Shown here in pieces: positions 1 to 10,210 of a DNA stretch of 23,367 nucleotides. The notes beneath the pieces were generated by a model, which made no database searches, was not told the origin of the DNA, and saw nothing but the letters and a program-made list of their open reading frames with translations. The DNA lies in NCBI RefSeq assembly GCF_006345805.1, contig NW_021836605.1, forward strand, positions 1 through 23,367. The letters run 5' to 3'. Origin of the DNA: Octopus sinensis. Its lineage: Eukaryota. Within the stretch, counting starts at the first letter, position 1; the number at the start of each line of letters is the position of its first letter. A program made the position numbers and the translations under genes.

Positions 1-347
1 AGTCCCACTGCTTGGCATCTTGGGCAAGTGCCTTCTGCTATAGCCCCGGGCCGACAATGCCTTGTGAGTGGATTTGGTAGACAGAAACTGAAAGAAGCCT
101 GTCGTATATATGTATATATATATATAAGTGTGTGTGTGTATATGTTTGTGTGTCTCTGTTTGTCCCCCTAGCATTGCTTGACAACCGATGCTGGTGTGTT
201 TACGTCCCCCGTCACTTAGCGGTTCAGTAAAAGAGACCGATAGAATAAGTACTGGGCTTACAAAGAATAAGTCCCGGGGTCGATTTGCTCGACTAAAGGC
301 GGTGCTCCAGCATGGCCGCAGTTAAATGACTGAAACAAGTAAAAGAG
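1..347 (+). mobile_element. SINE family A copy, 5' end cut by the window edge
   Basis: Colinear with the full-length minus-strand copy at 14871-15290: internal (TA)/(TG) microsatellite, 3' end gctccagcatggccgcag...gactgaaacaagtaaaagag. Confidence 0.85.
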
Positions 348-427
348 TGTGTGTGTCTCTGTGTGTAAAATTTGCAACAAAAAAATTTGTCTGTTTAGAT
401 GTGGTGGGTTGATCTATATTTTTATAT

Positions 428-680
428 CTTTTATCTTTTATTTGCTTCTATTACTGGACTGCAGCCATGCTGGAGCATCACCTTGAATGCTTCAGTTGAA
501 TAAATCAACCTCAGTACTTATTTTTATATTCTCTCATTCTCTTTTGCTAAACCTCTAAATCAACAACAAATTAGCACCAGTCATCAGATAGTGGAGCAGA
601 GACAAGCACAAACATAAAGACACACCTTTACATATGTACATATAATTACATACATTACATACATAGTAGCTGCTTTCTTG
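428..680 (-). mobile_element. Older, diverged family A-like SINE 3' part, tail-to-tail with the copy at 1-347
   Basis: gcagccatgctggagcatcacc and cagtacttatt are reverse-complement matches to the family A tail. Confidence 0.6.
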
Positions 681-682
681 AG

Positions 683-1281
683 TGAGATCATTACCAGAGC
701 AACAAGCTGGCCTCCGTGACGATGGCACATAAAAAAACACCATTCGAGCATGATTGTTACCTGCGTCACCTTACTGGCATTTGTGCTGGTGGCATGTGAA
801 AAAAACATTCGAGTGAGGTCGTTGCCAGTGCCGCTGGACTGACTCCTGTGCAGGTGGCACGTAAAAAGCACCATTTGAGCATGGCTGTTGCCAGTACTGC
901 CTGACTGGCCCTCATGCCGGTGGCACATAGATCGTTACCAGCAATGCCTTACTGGCACTTGTGCCGGTGGCATGGGAAAAACATTTGAGCAAGGTCATTG
1001 CCAGTGCCGCTGGACTGACTCCTGTGCAGGTGGCACGTAAAAAGCACCATTTGAGGATGGCTGTTGCCAGTACCACCTGACTGGCCCTCATGCCGGTGGC
1101 ACATAAAAACACCCACTACCCTCTCGGAGTGGTTGGCATTAGGAAGGGCATCCAGCTGTAGAAACTCTACCAGATCAAGATCGGAGCATGGTGCTGCCAT
1201 CTGGATCGCCAGCCCTCAGTCAAAACCGTCCAACACATGCTAGCATGGAAAGAGGACACTAAATGATGATGATGATGATGA
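683..1281 (+). mobile_element. RTE-LINE 3'UTR-type retroposon (family C1) with (GAT)n tail
   Basis: Shares the gtgccggtggcacgtaaaaagcacc subrepeats, the ggttggcattaggaagggcatccagctgtagaaac block and the ggacactaaatgatgatg terminus with the 3' end of the RTE remnant at 5362-6258. Internal ~178-bp tandem duplication. Confidence 0.85.
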
Positions 1282-1320
1282 GGAGGAGGAGGAGGAGGAA
1301 AGCCATTGCTAGAATAAAAT

Positions 1321-1749
1321 TCATTGAAATGAGTGATTGATAATGCAATGTAAGACCCTTATATGACTCTTGAGTCCTGCCAAAGTGTTGTACATTTTAT
1401 TGCATAATGCAGAGTCGTGCTGGCTGGCAGAAGGAATCGGTGCCACAAAATGAAGTCTTTTGACATGCCTTTTCAATCCTCCAACTGAATGGCATTCCTT
1501 TTCACAGGTTGTACACGTTCTCTTCTGAACAATACCTCTATAATAATTTACAAGGGGTCAATTTCTTTGGCTTCTTTGATGGCTGACCAGGCCTGCAGGA
1601 CTTGAGCATTTCCTCTTACAAATCAATACTCCTTCATTTTCTATTGCTTCATTCTTTCTAAGCTTTCTCCTAATCTTCTCATGCTTTATTCTCTCTCTTT
1701 CAAACTTTAGGCAACCAATGTGTACTCTTTTCCTCCCTCCATTTTGGTG
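1321..1749 (-). pseudogene. C-terminal remnant of an RTE-type LINE ORF with three C2H2-like zinc fingers
   Basis: Manual translation in one frame with one internal TGA (1558-1560): RKRVHIGCLKFERERIKHEKIRRKLRK...ICKRKCSSPAGLVSHQRS..*..RTCTTCEKECHSVGGLKRHVKRLH...SALCNKMYNTLAGLKSHIRVLH..Q*. Confidence 0.75.
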
Positions 1750-1774
1750 TTGTGCTTCTCTCTCCTAATATATA

Positions 1775-1999
1775 GGACCCTTCTGTGTGACCCTTCTGTC
1801 TGGCAGTCACCATAATAGATCGTTAGTCACTACACACATTTTTTTCTCTCCTTGTTCTTTTTTTCTGTGTCCTTTTCTGTAGAAGAGCATAGGCTCGAAA
1901 TGTAAAAGACTTTTTCAATTCCTGAGCGTGATACTAATACATCTCTTTGTTTTATACACCACCTGTCTTTGTCTTTTGTTTTTTTCATGAACTCTCCCT
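1775..1999 (+). mobile_element. Short repeat with degenerate hammerhead-like motif, probable Penelope-like LTR fragment
   Basis: tttt-CTGTAGA-A-GAGC(atag)GCTC-GAAA-tg-TA-aaag at 1873-1908; abuts a (TA)n tract. Confidence 0.4.
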
Positions 2000-2018
2000 A
2001 TATATATATATATATATA

Positions 2019-2068
<50 letters not shown>

Positions 2069-2069
2069 G

Positions 2070-2101
<32 letters not shown>

Positions 2102-2129
2102 TGTATGTATGTATGTATCTATGTATGTA
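1999..2129. repeat. Compound (TA)n/(ATGT)n microsatellite
   Basis: Read directly. Confidence 0.95.
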
Positions 2130-2133
2130 TCAC

Positions 2134-2520
2134 CTTCATCATCATCCTCTCATCATCATACTTCATCTTCTCTTATTCCATGCTAGCATGAGCTGGAGGA
2201 TTCAACAAGAACAGAGGAGCCAAAGGGATGCTTTGGCATGGTTTCAACAACTGGATGCTCATCTTACCACTGACTACTTCACAATGTAGTGGGTATGTTT
2301 TACATAGCGCCAGCACCAGTGAGGTCATAAAGTACCCACAAGACAAGCCCTCCCAACTGAGAGGAGTACGGAATGGTGAGATAAGAAAACTAGGATAGAG
2401 GAATAGGAGCAGGTATCTTACTGAGGAGTGACTACAGAGCTGGCCCATCGAGAAAGAGAGAGAAGGATGTGAAATCAAGGTGCAAGGGGAATTAGAGGTA
2501 ATAGGATAGAGGAGAAGGCT
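2134..2520 (-). mobile_element. Diverged RTE-tail retroposon (family C2)
   Basis: (CAT)n-like tail at the left, tttggcatggtttc..ctggatgc block; purine-rich right part is the reverse complement of the CT-rich C2 5' region at 10211-10500. Confidence 0.6.
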
Positions 2521-2533
2521 TCTATGCAGTTTC

Positions 2534-3004
2534 ATCATCATCATCATCATCGTTTAACGTCCGCTTTCCATGCTTGCATGGGTTGGACGATTTTGACTGA
2601 GGTCTGGCGAACCAGATGGCTGCACCAGGCTTCAATCTTGATCTGGCAGAGTTTCTACAGCTGGATGACCTTCCTTACGCCAACCTCTCCGAGTGTGTAA
2701 TGGGTGCTTTTTATGTGCCACCAGCACCGGGCCAGTCAGGCGGTACTGGCAACGACCTTGCCAGTAAGGCGACGTTGGTAACGATCACGCTCGAATGGTG
2801 CCTCCTACATGTCACCGGCACAGAAGCCAGTTAGCCATTCTGGCAATGATCACACTCGGATGGTGCTCTTAGCACCCTACTAGCACGGGGCACAAGTGCC
2901 AGTAAGGCAAAGCTGGTAATGATCACACTCGAATGGTGCCTTTTATGTACCACTGGCACGGAAGCCAGTTAGCCGCTCTGTCAACGATCATGCTCATATG
3001 GTGC
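2534..3004 (-). mobile_element. Family C1 RTE 3'UTR-type retroposon
   Basis: (CAT)n + cgtttaacgtccgctttccatgc terminus, the reverse complement of the terminus at 6220-6258, plus subrepeat array. Confidence 0.85.
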
Positions 3005-3007
3005 TCA

Positions 3008-3124
3008 TGCCCCGCTTGGGGATGTTGTAGAAGACATTTACCCAAAGTGCCATGCAGTGGGACAGAACCTGAAATCATCTGGTTGCAAAGTGGGCTTCTT
3101 AATCGCACAGCTATGCCTGTGCCT
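3008..3124 (-). mobile_element. Family A SINE tRNA-like head fragment, diverged
   Basis: tagaagacatttacccaaagtgccatgcagtgggacagaacc aligns with 15192-15240. Confidence 0.7.
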
Positions 3125-3199
3125 AAAGAACGATTGTGCATGAATGAGTTGTGAAAGCAGTTACTGGAGGGACATGAATCGAAGAAATAAATGCATGGG

Positions 3200-3345
3200 T
3201 ATGGAGATTTAATGGTGATGGATGATATGCACTGAGAGAAAACACATTGTTAATGCATTCCTGGTTGGGACTGCTGGAGAAGGACACGGAATTCAATATT
3301 CAGGTCAGAACTGAAAAATGATAGATTTCTGTTAAAAGATTGAAG
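3200..3345 (+). pseudogene. Possible very old RTE-type AP-endonuclease fragment
   Basis: GDLMVMDD and VGTAGEGHGI..QN*KMIDFC resemble the RTE APE segment D.LIVMGDFN..VG..G.G..N..G.RLIDFC; highly decayed. Confidence 0.3.
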
Positions 3346-3682
3346 TGAATGAATACATAATATCTTGCAGACCTGTCAACGTGATGGCTTGGGAAGCTGG
3401 ACAAAAATGCTGCTGTTGCTGCTGCTGCTGATGATGATGATGATGAAGATGATGACAATGACTAACTTATACTTTACAGATTGAACACACACACGCAAAC
3501 CCTTTGTTGTTGATAATAGCAGAAAGCGAACTCAATACCATGGTTAGAGTTTAATAATTTATTTCAGCTGGGAGTTTTTTTTCTACCCACTGAATCAGTC
3601 AGGGATTGGGAAAAACACCAGAGTAAGTCAACTGGACTACTTAATATCTCTGTCTCTCTCATAATATATATATATAAAGATA

Positions 3683-4622
3683 CCTACATATGTACATACA
3701 TACATACATACATACATGCGTGCAGCATACACACATACATACATGCATACCTGCATACATACATACATACATACATACTTACATACATACATACATACAA
3801 ACATACATACATACATACATACATACACATATACAAACATACATACATACAAAAATATACATACATACATACAACATACATAATACATACAAACATACAT
3901 ACATACATACATACATACATACATACATGCGTTGCATGCATACACAACATACATACATTGCATACAGCATACATACATACATACATACAACTTACATACA
4001 TACATACATACAAACATACATACATACATACATACATACACATATACAAACCACTACATACATACATACATACATACATACATACATACATACATACATA
4101 CATACACATATACAAACATACTATGACATACATACTACATACATACATACATACATACATACATACATACATACATACCACCTACATACATACATACACA
4201 TATACAAACATACATACATACATACATTCATACATACATACATACATACATACATTCATACATACATACATACATACATACATACATACATACGTACATA
4301 CATACATACATGCATACATACATACATACATACATACATACAAACATACATACATACATACATACATACATACATGCATACGTACATAGATACATGCGTG
4401 CATGCATACACACATACATACATACATACATACATACATACATACATACAAAATACATACATACATACATACATACATACATTCATACATACATACACAT
4501 ACATACATACATACATACATACATACGTTACATACATACATACATACAAACATACATACATACATACATACATACATACACATTACAAACATACATACAT
4601 ACATACATTCATACATACATAC
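3683..4622. repeat. ~940-bp (ACAT)n tetranucleotide microsatellite with variant units
   Basis: Read directly; source of all HTYI/MYVC ORFs in the track. Confidence 0.98.
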
Positions 4623-4876
4623 ATTAAATATACACTATCCTAACATACTCGTCTGACATTGCAACCATAGAAAAGTTGACTCTAAAACAATAGCAATGAT
4701 GATGATGATGGTGTATTTGTGTAAATAGGGAACTTCTTTTTATTAGAGATACTGATGCTGAAGCTTCATCTTTTTTTATTAAGGATTTTTGAAAATAAAT
4801 TTCTTTATTAGCATTCTATGTTTAGTTTGAAATGAAAGCATTTCAACAAAAGCCATTAACATTTTTTGACATTCCT

Positions 4877-5341
4877 AAGATGGCAAACAGGCAGAATCAT
4901 TAGCACACTAAGTGAAATGCTTGGTGGTATTTTGTCCATCCTTATGCTCTGACTTCAAGCTCCACAGAGGTTGACTTTGCCTTCCGTGTTTTCAGGGTCG
5001 ATAATACAAGTACCTATTTCTTTACTACCCACAAGGGGCTAAACACAGAGGGGACAAACAAGGACAGACAAACGGATTAAGTCGATTATATTGACCACAG
5101 TGCATAACTGGTACTTATTTAATCGATCCCAAAAGGATGAAAGGCAAAGTCGACCTCGGCGGAATTTGAACTCAGAACGCAACGGCAGACGAAATACCGC
5201 TAAGCATTTCACCCGGCTTGCTAACGTTTCTGCCAGCTCACCGCCTTCAAATAATACAAGTACCAGCTGAGCAGTGGGCTTGATGTAACTGATTTACTCT
5301 CTCCTCAGAAATTGCTGGCCTTGTACCAAAAGCTGAAACAA
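4877..5341 (+). mobile_element. SINE B' host copy, split by a SINE B insertion
   Basis: Head aagatggcaaacaggcagaatcattagc, body gaggttgactttgcc, resumes after the duplicated ataatacaagtacc, tail aaattgctggccttgtaccaaaagctgaaac. Confidence 0.75.
5015..5248 (-). mobile_element. SINE B monomer, full length, 14-bp TSD
   Basis: TSD ataatacaagtacc at 5001-5014 and 5251-5264; A-box-like tggcagaaacg and B-box-like gagttcaaattcc on the minus strand. Confidence 0.9.
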
Positions 5342-5361
5342 ACATTTTATGAAATTCTTAA

Positions 5362-5861
5362 GAAAGCTCCTACCTCTACTGGCGACAAAGGGTCTCTCGC
5401 TCAGAGTGAAAGGTAGATTGTATGATGCATGTGTGCGAACTGCCATGCTTCACGGTAGTGAAACATGGGCCGTGACTGCAGAGGACATGCGTAGACTTGA
5501 AAGAAATGAAGCTAGCATGATCCGCTGGATGTGTAATGTCAGTGTGCAAGCACGACAGAGTGTAAGCACCCTGAAAGAAATGCTGGACATAAGAAGCATC
5601 AGATGTGGTGTGCAAGAGTGACGCTTGCGATGGTATGGTCATGTACTGCGGATGGATGAGGAGAGATGTGTTAAGAAGTGCCACTCCCAAACAGTTGAAG
5701 GTATCGGGGGGAGAGGCAGACCCAGGAAGACATAGGATGAGGTAGTCAAGCATGACCTCAGAGCGTTGGGCCTCACTGAGGCAATGGCGAAGGACTGAGA
5801 TCTCTGGAGATATGCTGTGACTGCAAAGACCCGGGCTGCTTCCTGCACCAGTTCCACATAG
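5362..5861 (+). pseudogene. RTE reverse-transcriptase C-terminal region
   Basis: One frame with three premature stops: GLSLRVKGRLYDACVRTAMLHGSETW...RLRWYGHVLRMD...GRGRPRKT*...DLWRYAV; HGSETW, RLRWYGH and GRPRKTW are RTE hallmarks. Confidence 0.9.
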
Positions 5862-6258
5862 CCCCTGCCCATTCAAAGTACCCTGGATTCCAGAACATTG
5901 AAATAAATATCAATGGAAATAGTAGTTGTGATACCTGTGCCGGTGGCACATAAAAAGCACCATCCGAACGTGGCCGTTGCCAGCGCCACCTTGGCTGGCT
6001 TCCGTGCCGGTGGCACGTTAAAAGCTCCAACTAATCGTGGCCGATGCCTGACCCCCCTGGCACCTGTGCAGGTGGCACGTAAAAAGCTCCCACTACACTC
6101 ACGGAGTGGTTGGCATTAGGAAGGGCATCCAGCTGTAGAAACTCTGCCAGATCAGACTGGAGCCTGGTGCAGCCCCTGGCTTCCCAGACCCCGGTCGAAC
6201 CATCCAACCCGTGCTAGCGCGGAAAACGGACGTTAAACGATGATGATGATGATGATGA
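5362..6258 (+). mobile_element. 5'-truncated RTE-clade LINE (RT C-terminus, 3'UTR, (GAT)n tail)
   Basis: Coding remnant followed by hairpin subrepeats and ggacgttaaacgatgatgatgat. Confidence 0.9.
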
Positions 6259-6504
6259 TCCTCTAAATGAAATAATAGTATTGGTGTATTGTTTAAATAC
6301 TTTGTACTGCAATGTGTACATCACAAAGGACCATGGAAATATCATTGTAACTGCTTAAATATAATCAATGCTGGAATTGAAATTGTAGATTTCATAGTTT
6401 GTTTCACATATGTCGTATCTCAGAGTTGATTTTTATAGTACCATTAATAAAGCTTCTCTTTTTCTCTGCTAAGAAATCAAGAGTTCTACAGACAATTCTT
6501 GATT

Positions 6505-6790
6505 TCATCTAACAAATCAACCAAGGATTAAATAGATCAACAAGATACACAGAACAATGATTAAACAGATCAATGATTAAGAATAATGACTAATGAAGCC
6601 ATAAATCAACAGATATTCACACAAATGAACCGACAGATAACACATCGTGCAGACCATCAGTCCAATTGATGAACAAATATATAATCCAATAAAACAAGAT
6701 TAGATGTGTATATATGTGTATATATGTGTGTATATATGTCAACAAATCAAGTGTCCAAACATACAATGACCCAACAGATTAACTAAGTCA
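6505..6790. repeat. Degenerate A-rich tandem repeat (aacagatcaa/aacaaatcaa-like)
   Basis: Recurring aacagat/aaatcaac motifs. Confidence 0.45.
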
Positions 6791-7072
6791 GACAAGTGAA
6801 GCAACACCAGCAATAAAGTTGAGATTGAGTTGGATATTGAAATACGCCTAATGTTACGCTTGGCTGCTTTTATTTGTGGTTCTGTTTCGGTGGTGTTTGA
6901 ATAGGCTCATATCAAGGCTGAACGATCTTGATTGGTTAATTTCCTCATGACATCATTAAAAGTATATGTGGGAGTTCTACTGGTTAATTTTTAGCTTACA
7001 ATACAACAATCAGTGAATTTGATGTTTTGTGAAAAGAAGGTTATTGATTACACTCTTGAAGATGTAATTACA

Positions 7073-7443
7073 GGTGGAGGCGCAATGGCCCAGTGGTTAG
7101 GGCAGCAGACTCGCGGTTTCGATTCCCAGACCGGGCGTTGTGAGTGTTTATTGAGCGAAAACACCTAAAAGCTCCACGAGGCTCCGGCAGGGGATGGTGG
7201 TGATCCCTGCTATACTCTTTCACCACAACTTTCTCTCACTCTTACTTCCTGTTTCAGTTGTACCTGTATTTCAAAGGGCCGGCCTTGTCACTCTCTGTGT
7301 CACACTGAATATCCCCGAGAACTACGTTAAGGGTACACGTGTCTGTGGAGTGCTCAGCCACTTACACGTTAATTTCACAAGCAGGCTGTTCCGTTGATTC
7401 GGATCAACCGGAACCCTCATCGTCATAACCAACGGAGTGCTTT
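7073..7443 (+). mobile_element. tRNA-derived SINE, distinct family, 14-bp TSD
   Basis: TSD aagatgtaattaca at 7059-7072 and 7444-7457; A box tggcccagtgg (7086-7096); B-box-like ggtttcgattccc. Confidence 0.9.
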
Positions 7444-8034
7444 AAGATGTAATTACACATTTTGGAAGGTCCAATCACTTTTGAAGATTTCTCAGTTGGG
7501 AAACAACGAGTCCTAGCTTCAATTTCTTGGCAAAGAACAATTACATATCTGTCTGATATGTTGTTTATGGCTTATTCAACCATGGGTTCATAATTTGTAA
7601 GAACCATATTTTCTTTCTTTGTCTGCGTTTGATCAGAACAATGATAAAGTAGAAGACAAGGGATTGTCTAATTGCTTGCTTCAAAGACCCCAGGTTCTCA
7701 AACTTGTTTATGAGTTGTGAGCCCAACTTTCTCATAATTGTAAGCCCAAATTTCTAACCACTGAGCTATGCACCTTCATAATTAAGAAATGTAAGCTACA
7801 CTGAATTGTTTGATTGTCAATAACAAACCTTGTTATAAGGAACACATTTATGCAATGACATAAAAGCAAAATATTCATTCTCCCTGAGCATCTTCAGGAG
7901 TGTAAACTAGTTCATACCAAATGTGGAAAGTATTACTATATCTAAAATGGATATATCAATCATTATTTGTTATTCAATATAGCTAAAAGGGATACAATAA
8001 ATAATTTTAAATGAAGTATGTATTTTCATCTATC

Positions 8035-8877
8035 TGCGATGGATAAATTGTTGTCATTCTATATTTTTAATTTCGTGCATGTGCATTGTTTATTTTTGAT
8101 TTTGTTGACTACACAGTATAGTAGGGTCAGTTGGGTACTGTCTGTGAGAAAAACAGCACCATGACACAATTCACTCTGCCAGAAATTTGGAAGTGACGAG
8201 CTGTACTGCTTGGCTTTCATGTCTGAAGTTCCAATATTGGGAGCCAATATGAGGACAGTGAAATCTGAGGACATGTACCGAGAGTGATAAAAATCAAACA
8301 TCCAGTCAACATCATGGTGTTTGGAATGACCACTAGTGATGGCAACGTTATACCTCCATTCATCTTCCCACATGGCCTCACACTCAACACGGAGGCTCTG
8401 GGTAGTGCTGCCCAAGAGGCGGGCTGCTGGAAGACCCTATGTCAGGCAACAGGACTCTGCACCATGCCACACATACAGGAGAACCCAGTCATGGCTGTCA
8501 GACAATTTCAGGGACTCACATCACCCCTGACATCTGGCCACCTAACTCCCCAGACTGCAACCCCCTTGATTATTGTATGGGGCACAGTGGAGCGAGAGAC
8601 CAACAAAACTCCTTGTAACAACAAAGATGAGCTAAAGGTAAGAAATTATGGCAGCATTCACCAACTTAAACAAGGAGACTGTCCAGAAGAGTTACAAGAG
8701 CTTTCGAAGTCATCTGGAGGCCGTGGTTGAAGCCGATGGCGATTTTATTGAATAAATTTACTCTTTAGTATTTCAAGATATTTTACATAATTTTGGTAAA
8801 TATACCTGTTAAAATGAGATGTCAGTGTTATTTTTCTTTTTGTGTAAATTAGATGACAGTTTATTCATTGCACTCTG
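8035..8877 (+). mobile_element. Internally deleted Tc1/mariner-superfamily element, maT/DD37D type
   Basis: Frameshifted remnant KHPVNIMVFG...QQDSAPCH...WPPNSPDCNPLDY.WG...LEAVVEADGDFIE* (8284-8755); imperfect TIRs 8035-8057 and 8853-8877; TA after the right end. Confidence 0.85.
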
Positions 8878-9028
8878 TATATATGTAATGAGTTCATGCC
8901 TTTATCTAAATTACATCTGGTTAAGAAATATGCCATAAGATTTCAAGTTCACTTTCATTATGTGGCATTGTGGGAAAGTGTCTTGTACACTAGCTACAAG
9001 CCAACAATAGCCTTCTCAGCAAAATTTG

Positions 9029-9188
9029 ATGAAAGAAACTGTGCAGAAGACTATCAGATGTTCATACATGTATGTATATACTGACAAAAAATTAATTCAT
9101 GAAATCCTTGCATCATTCCAAAAAAGTTATTTTCATGAATTTAGTTATCTTCAAATCATGTCCCTTTTTGCCAAGGTAGACTTTGCCT
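9029..9188 (+). repeat. Local direct duplication, copy 1 (~160 bp)
   Basis: Colinear with 10510-10672; the 3' half is nearly identical. Confidence 0.9.
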
Positions 9189-9624
9189 TTTCTTTCTTAT
9201 AAAAAGGGAGAATGACTATCAGACAAAGAAATAGAGTCATTATAATCTACTAGGACTCCTTGAGGTGGTGCTCCAGCATGACAGTGGACCAAAGAGTGAC
9301 ACCAGTGAAGGAATAAAATAATACTAGACTGTCAGAGAATTAATTTGGGTAATATATTTCATTAGATTGTCTTGGAATTAATTAGGAAAATATTTTGACT
9401 ATCTTGGAATTAAATATGTATTTATGAAATATATTTACATATATACGTATGTGTGTGTGTTGTGTGTGTATAAATATATATATATATATTTCATTATATT
9501 GCCTTAGAATTGGGGAAATTTATTCAATTAGGCTGTCAGTCTTAGAATTAATTAGGTAAAATATATTTGCAAGTTATTAGTAATGTTTGAAACATTAAAA
9601 AAATGACATATATTTATATATATA

Positions 9625-9800
9625 TCATCATCATCATCATCATCGTTTAACGTCTGCTTTCCATGCTAGCATGGGTTGGACGATTTTGACTGAGGGCTGG
9701 CGAACCAGACGGCTGCACCAGACTCGAATCTTGATTTGGCAGAGTTTCTACAGCTGGATGCTCTTCATAACGCCAACCACTCCGAGAGTGTAGTGGGTGC

Positions 9801-9805
<5 letters not shown>
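9625..9805 (-). mobile_element. Family C1 3' end, truncated at a (CA)n(TA)n(GA)n tract; second C fragment at 9876-9968
   Basis: (CAT)n cgtttaacgtctgctttccatgctagcatggg terminus. Confidence 0.85.
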
Positions 9806-9875
<70 letters not shown>

Positions 9876-9977
9876 TCATCATCATCGTTGTCATTGTCAT
9901 CATGGCATAGGTTAGATGGTTTGACTGGAACTGGTAAGCTGGAAGGCTGCACCAAATTCCAGTCTGATTATATATAA

Positions 9978-10205
9978 TAGGCACAGGAGTGGCTGTGTGG
10001 TAAGTAGCTTGGTTCCGGATTCAGTCCCACTGCATGGCACCTTGAGCATGTGTCTTCTACTATAGCTTTGGGCTGACCAAAAGTGACTGATAGAATAAGT
10101 ACTAGGCTTACAGAGAATAAGTCCTGGGGTTGATTTGTTCGACTAAAGGTAGTGCTCCAGCATAGCCGCAGTCAAATGACTGAAACAAATAAAGAATAAA
10201 AGAAA
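9978..10205 (+). mobile_element. Family A SINE with ~175-bp internal deletion
   Basis: Head ggagtggctgtgtggtaagtagc joined via caaaag to the tail gatagaataagtac...gactgaaacaaataaaag. Confidence 0.85.
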
Positions 10206-10210
10206 AAAAA

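Noticed and set aside
555-1200. Minus-strand ORFs of 62-114 aa, similar to the ORF at 2616-2834
   Set aside because: Antisense readings of the RTE 3'UTR repeat; the similarity reflects repeat homology.
3568-3622. Possible micro-exon (tttcag acceptor, gtaagt donor, open frame)
   Set aside because: Such signals arise by chance; no recognisable protein and no partner exons.
3637-4656. Long ORFs (up to 317 aa) of HTYI/MYVC repeats
   Set aside because: Translations of the stop-poor (ACAT)n microsatellite; no coding evidence.
7073-7130. tRNA gene-like sequence
   Set aside because: A and B boxes are present but too close, no cloverleaf, and it heads a TSD-flanked SINE.
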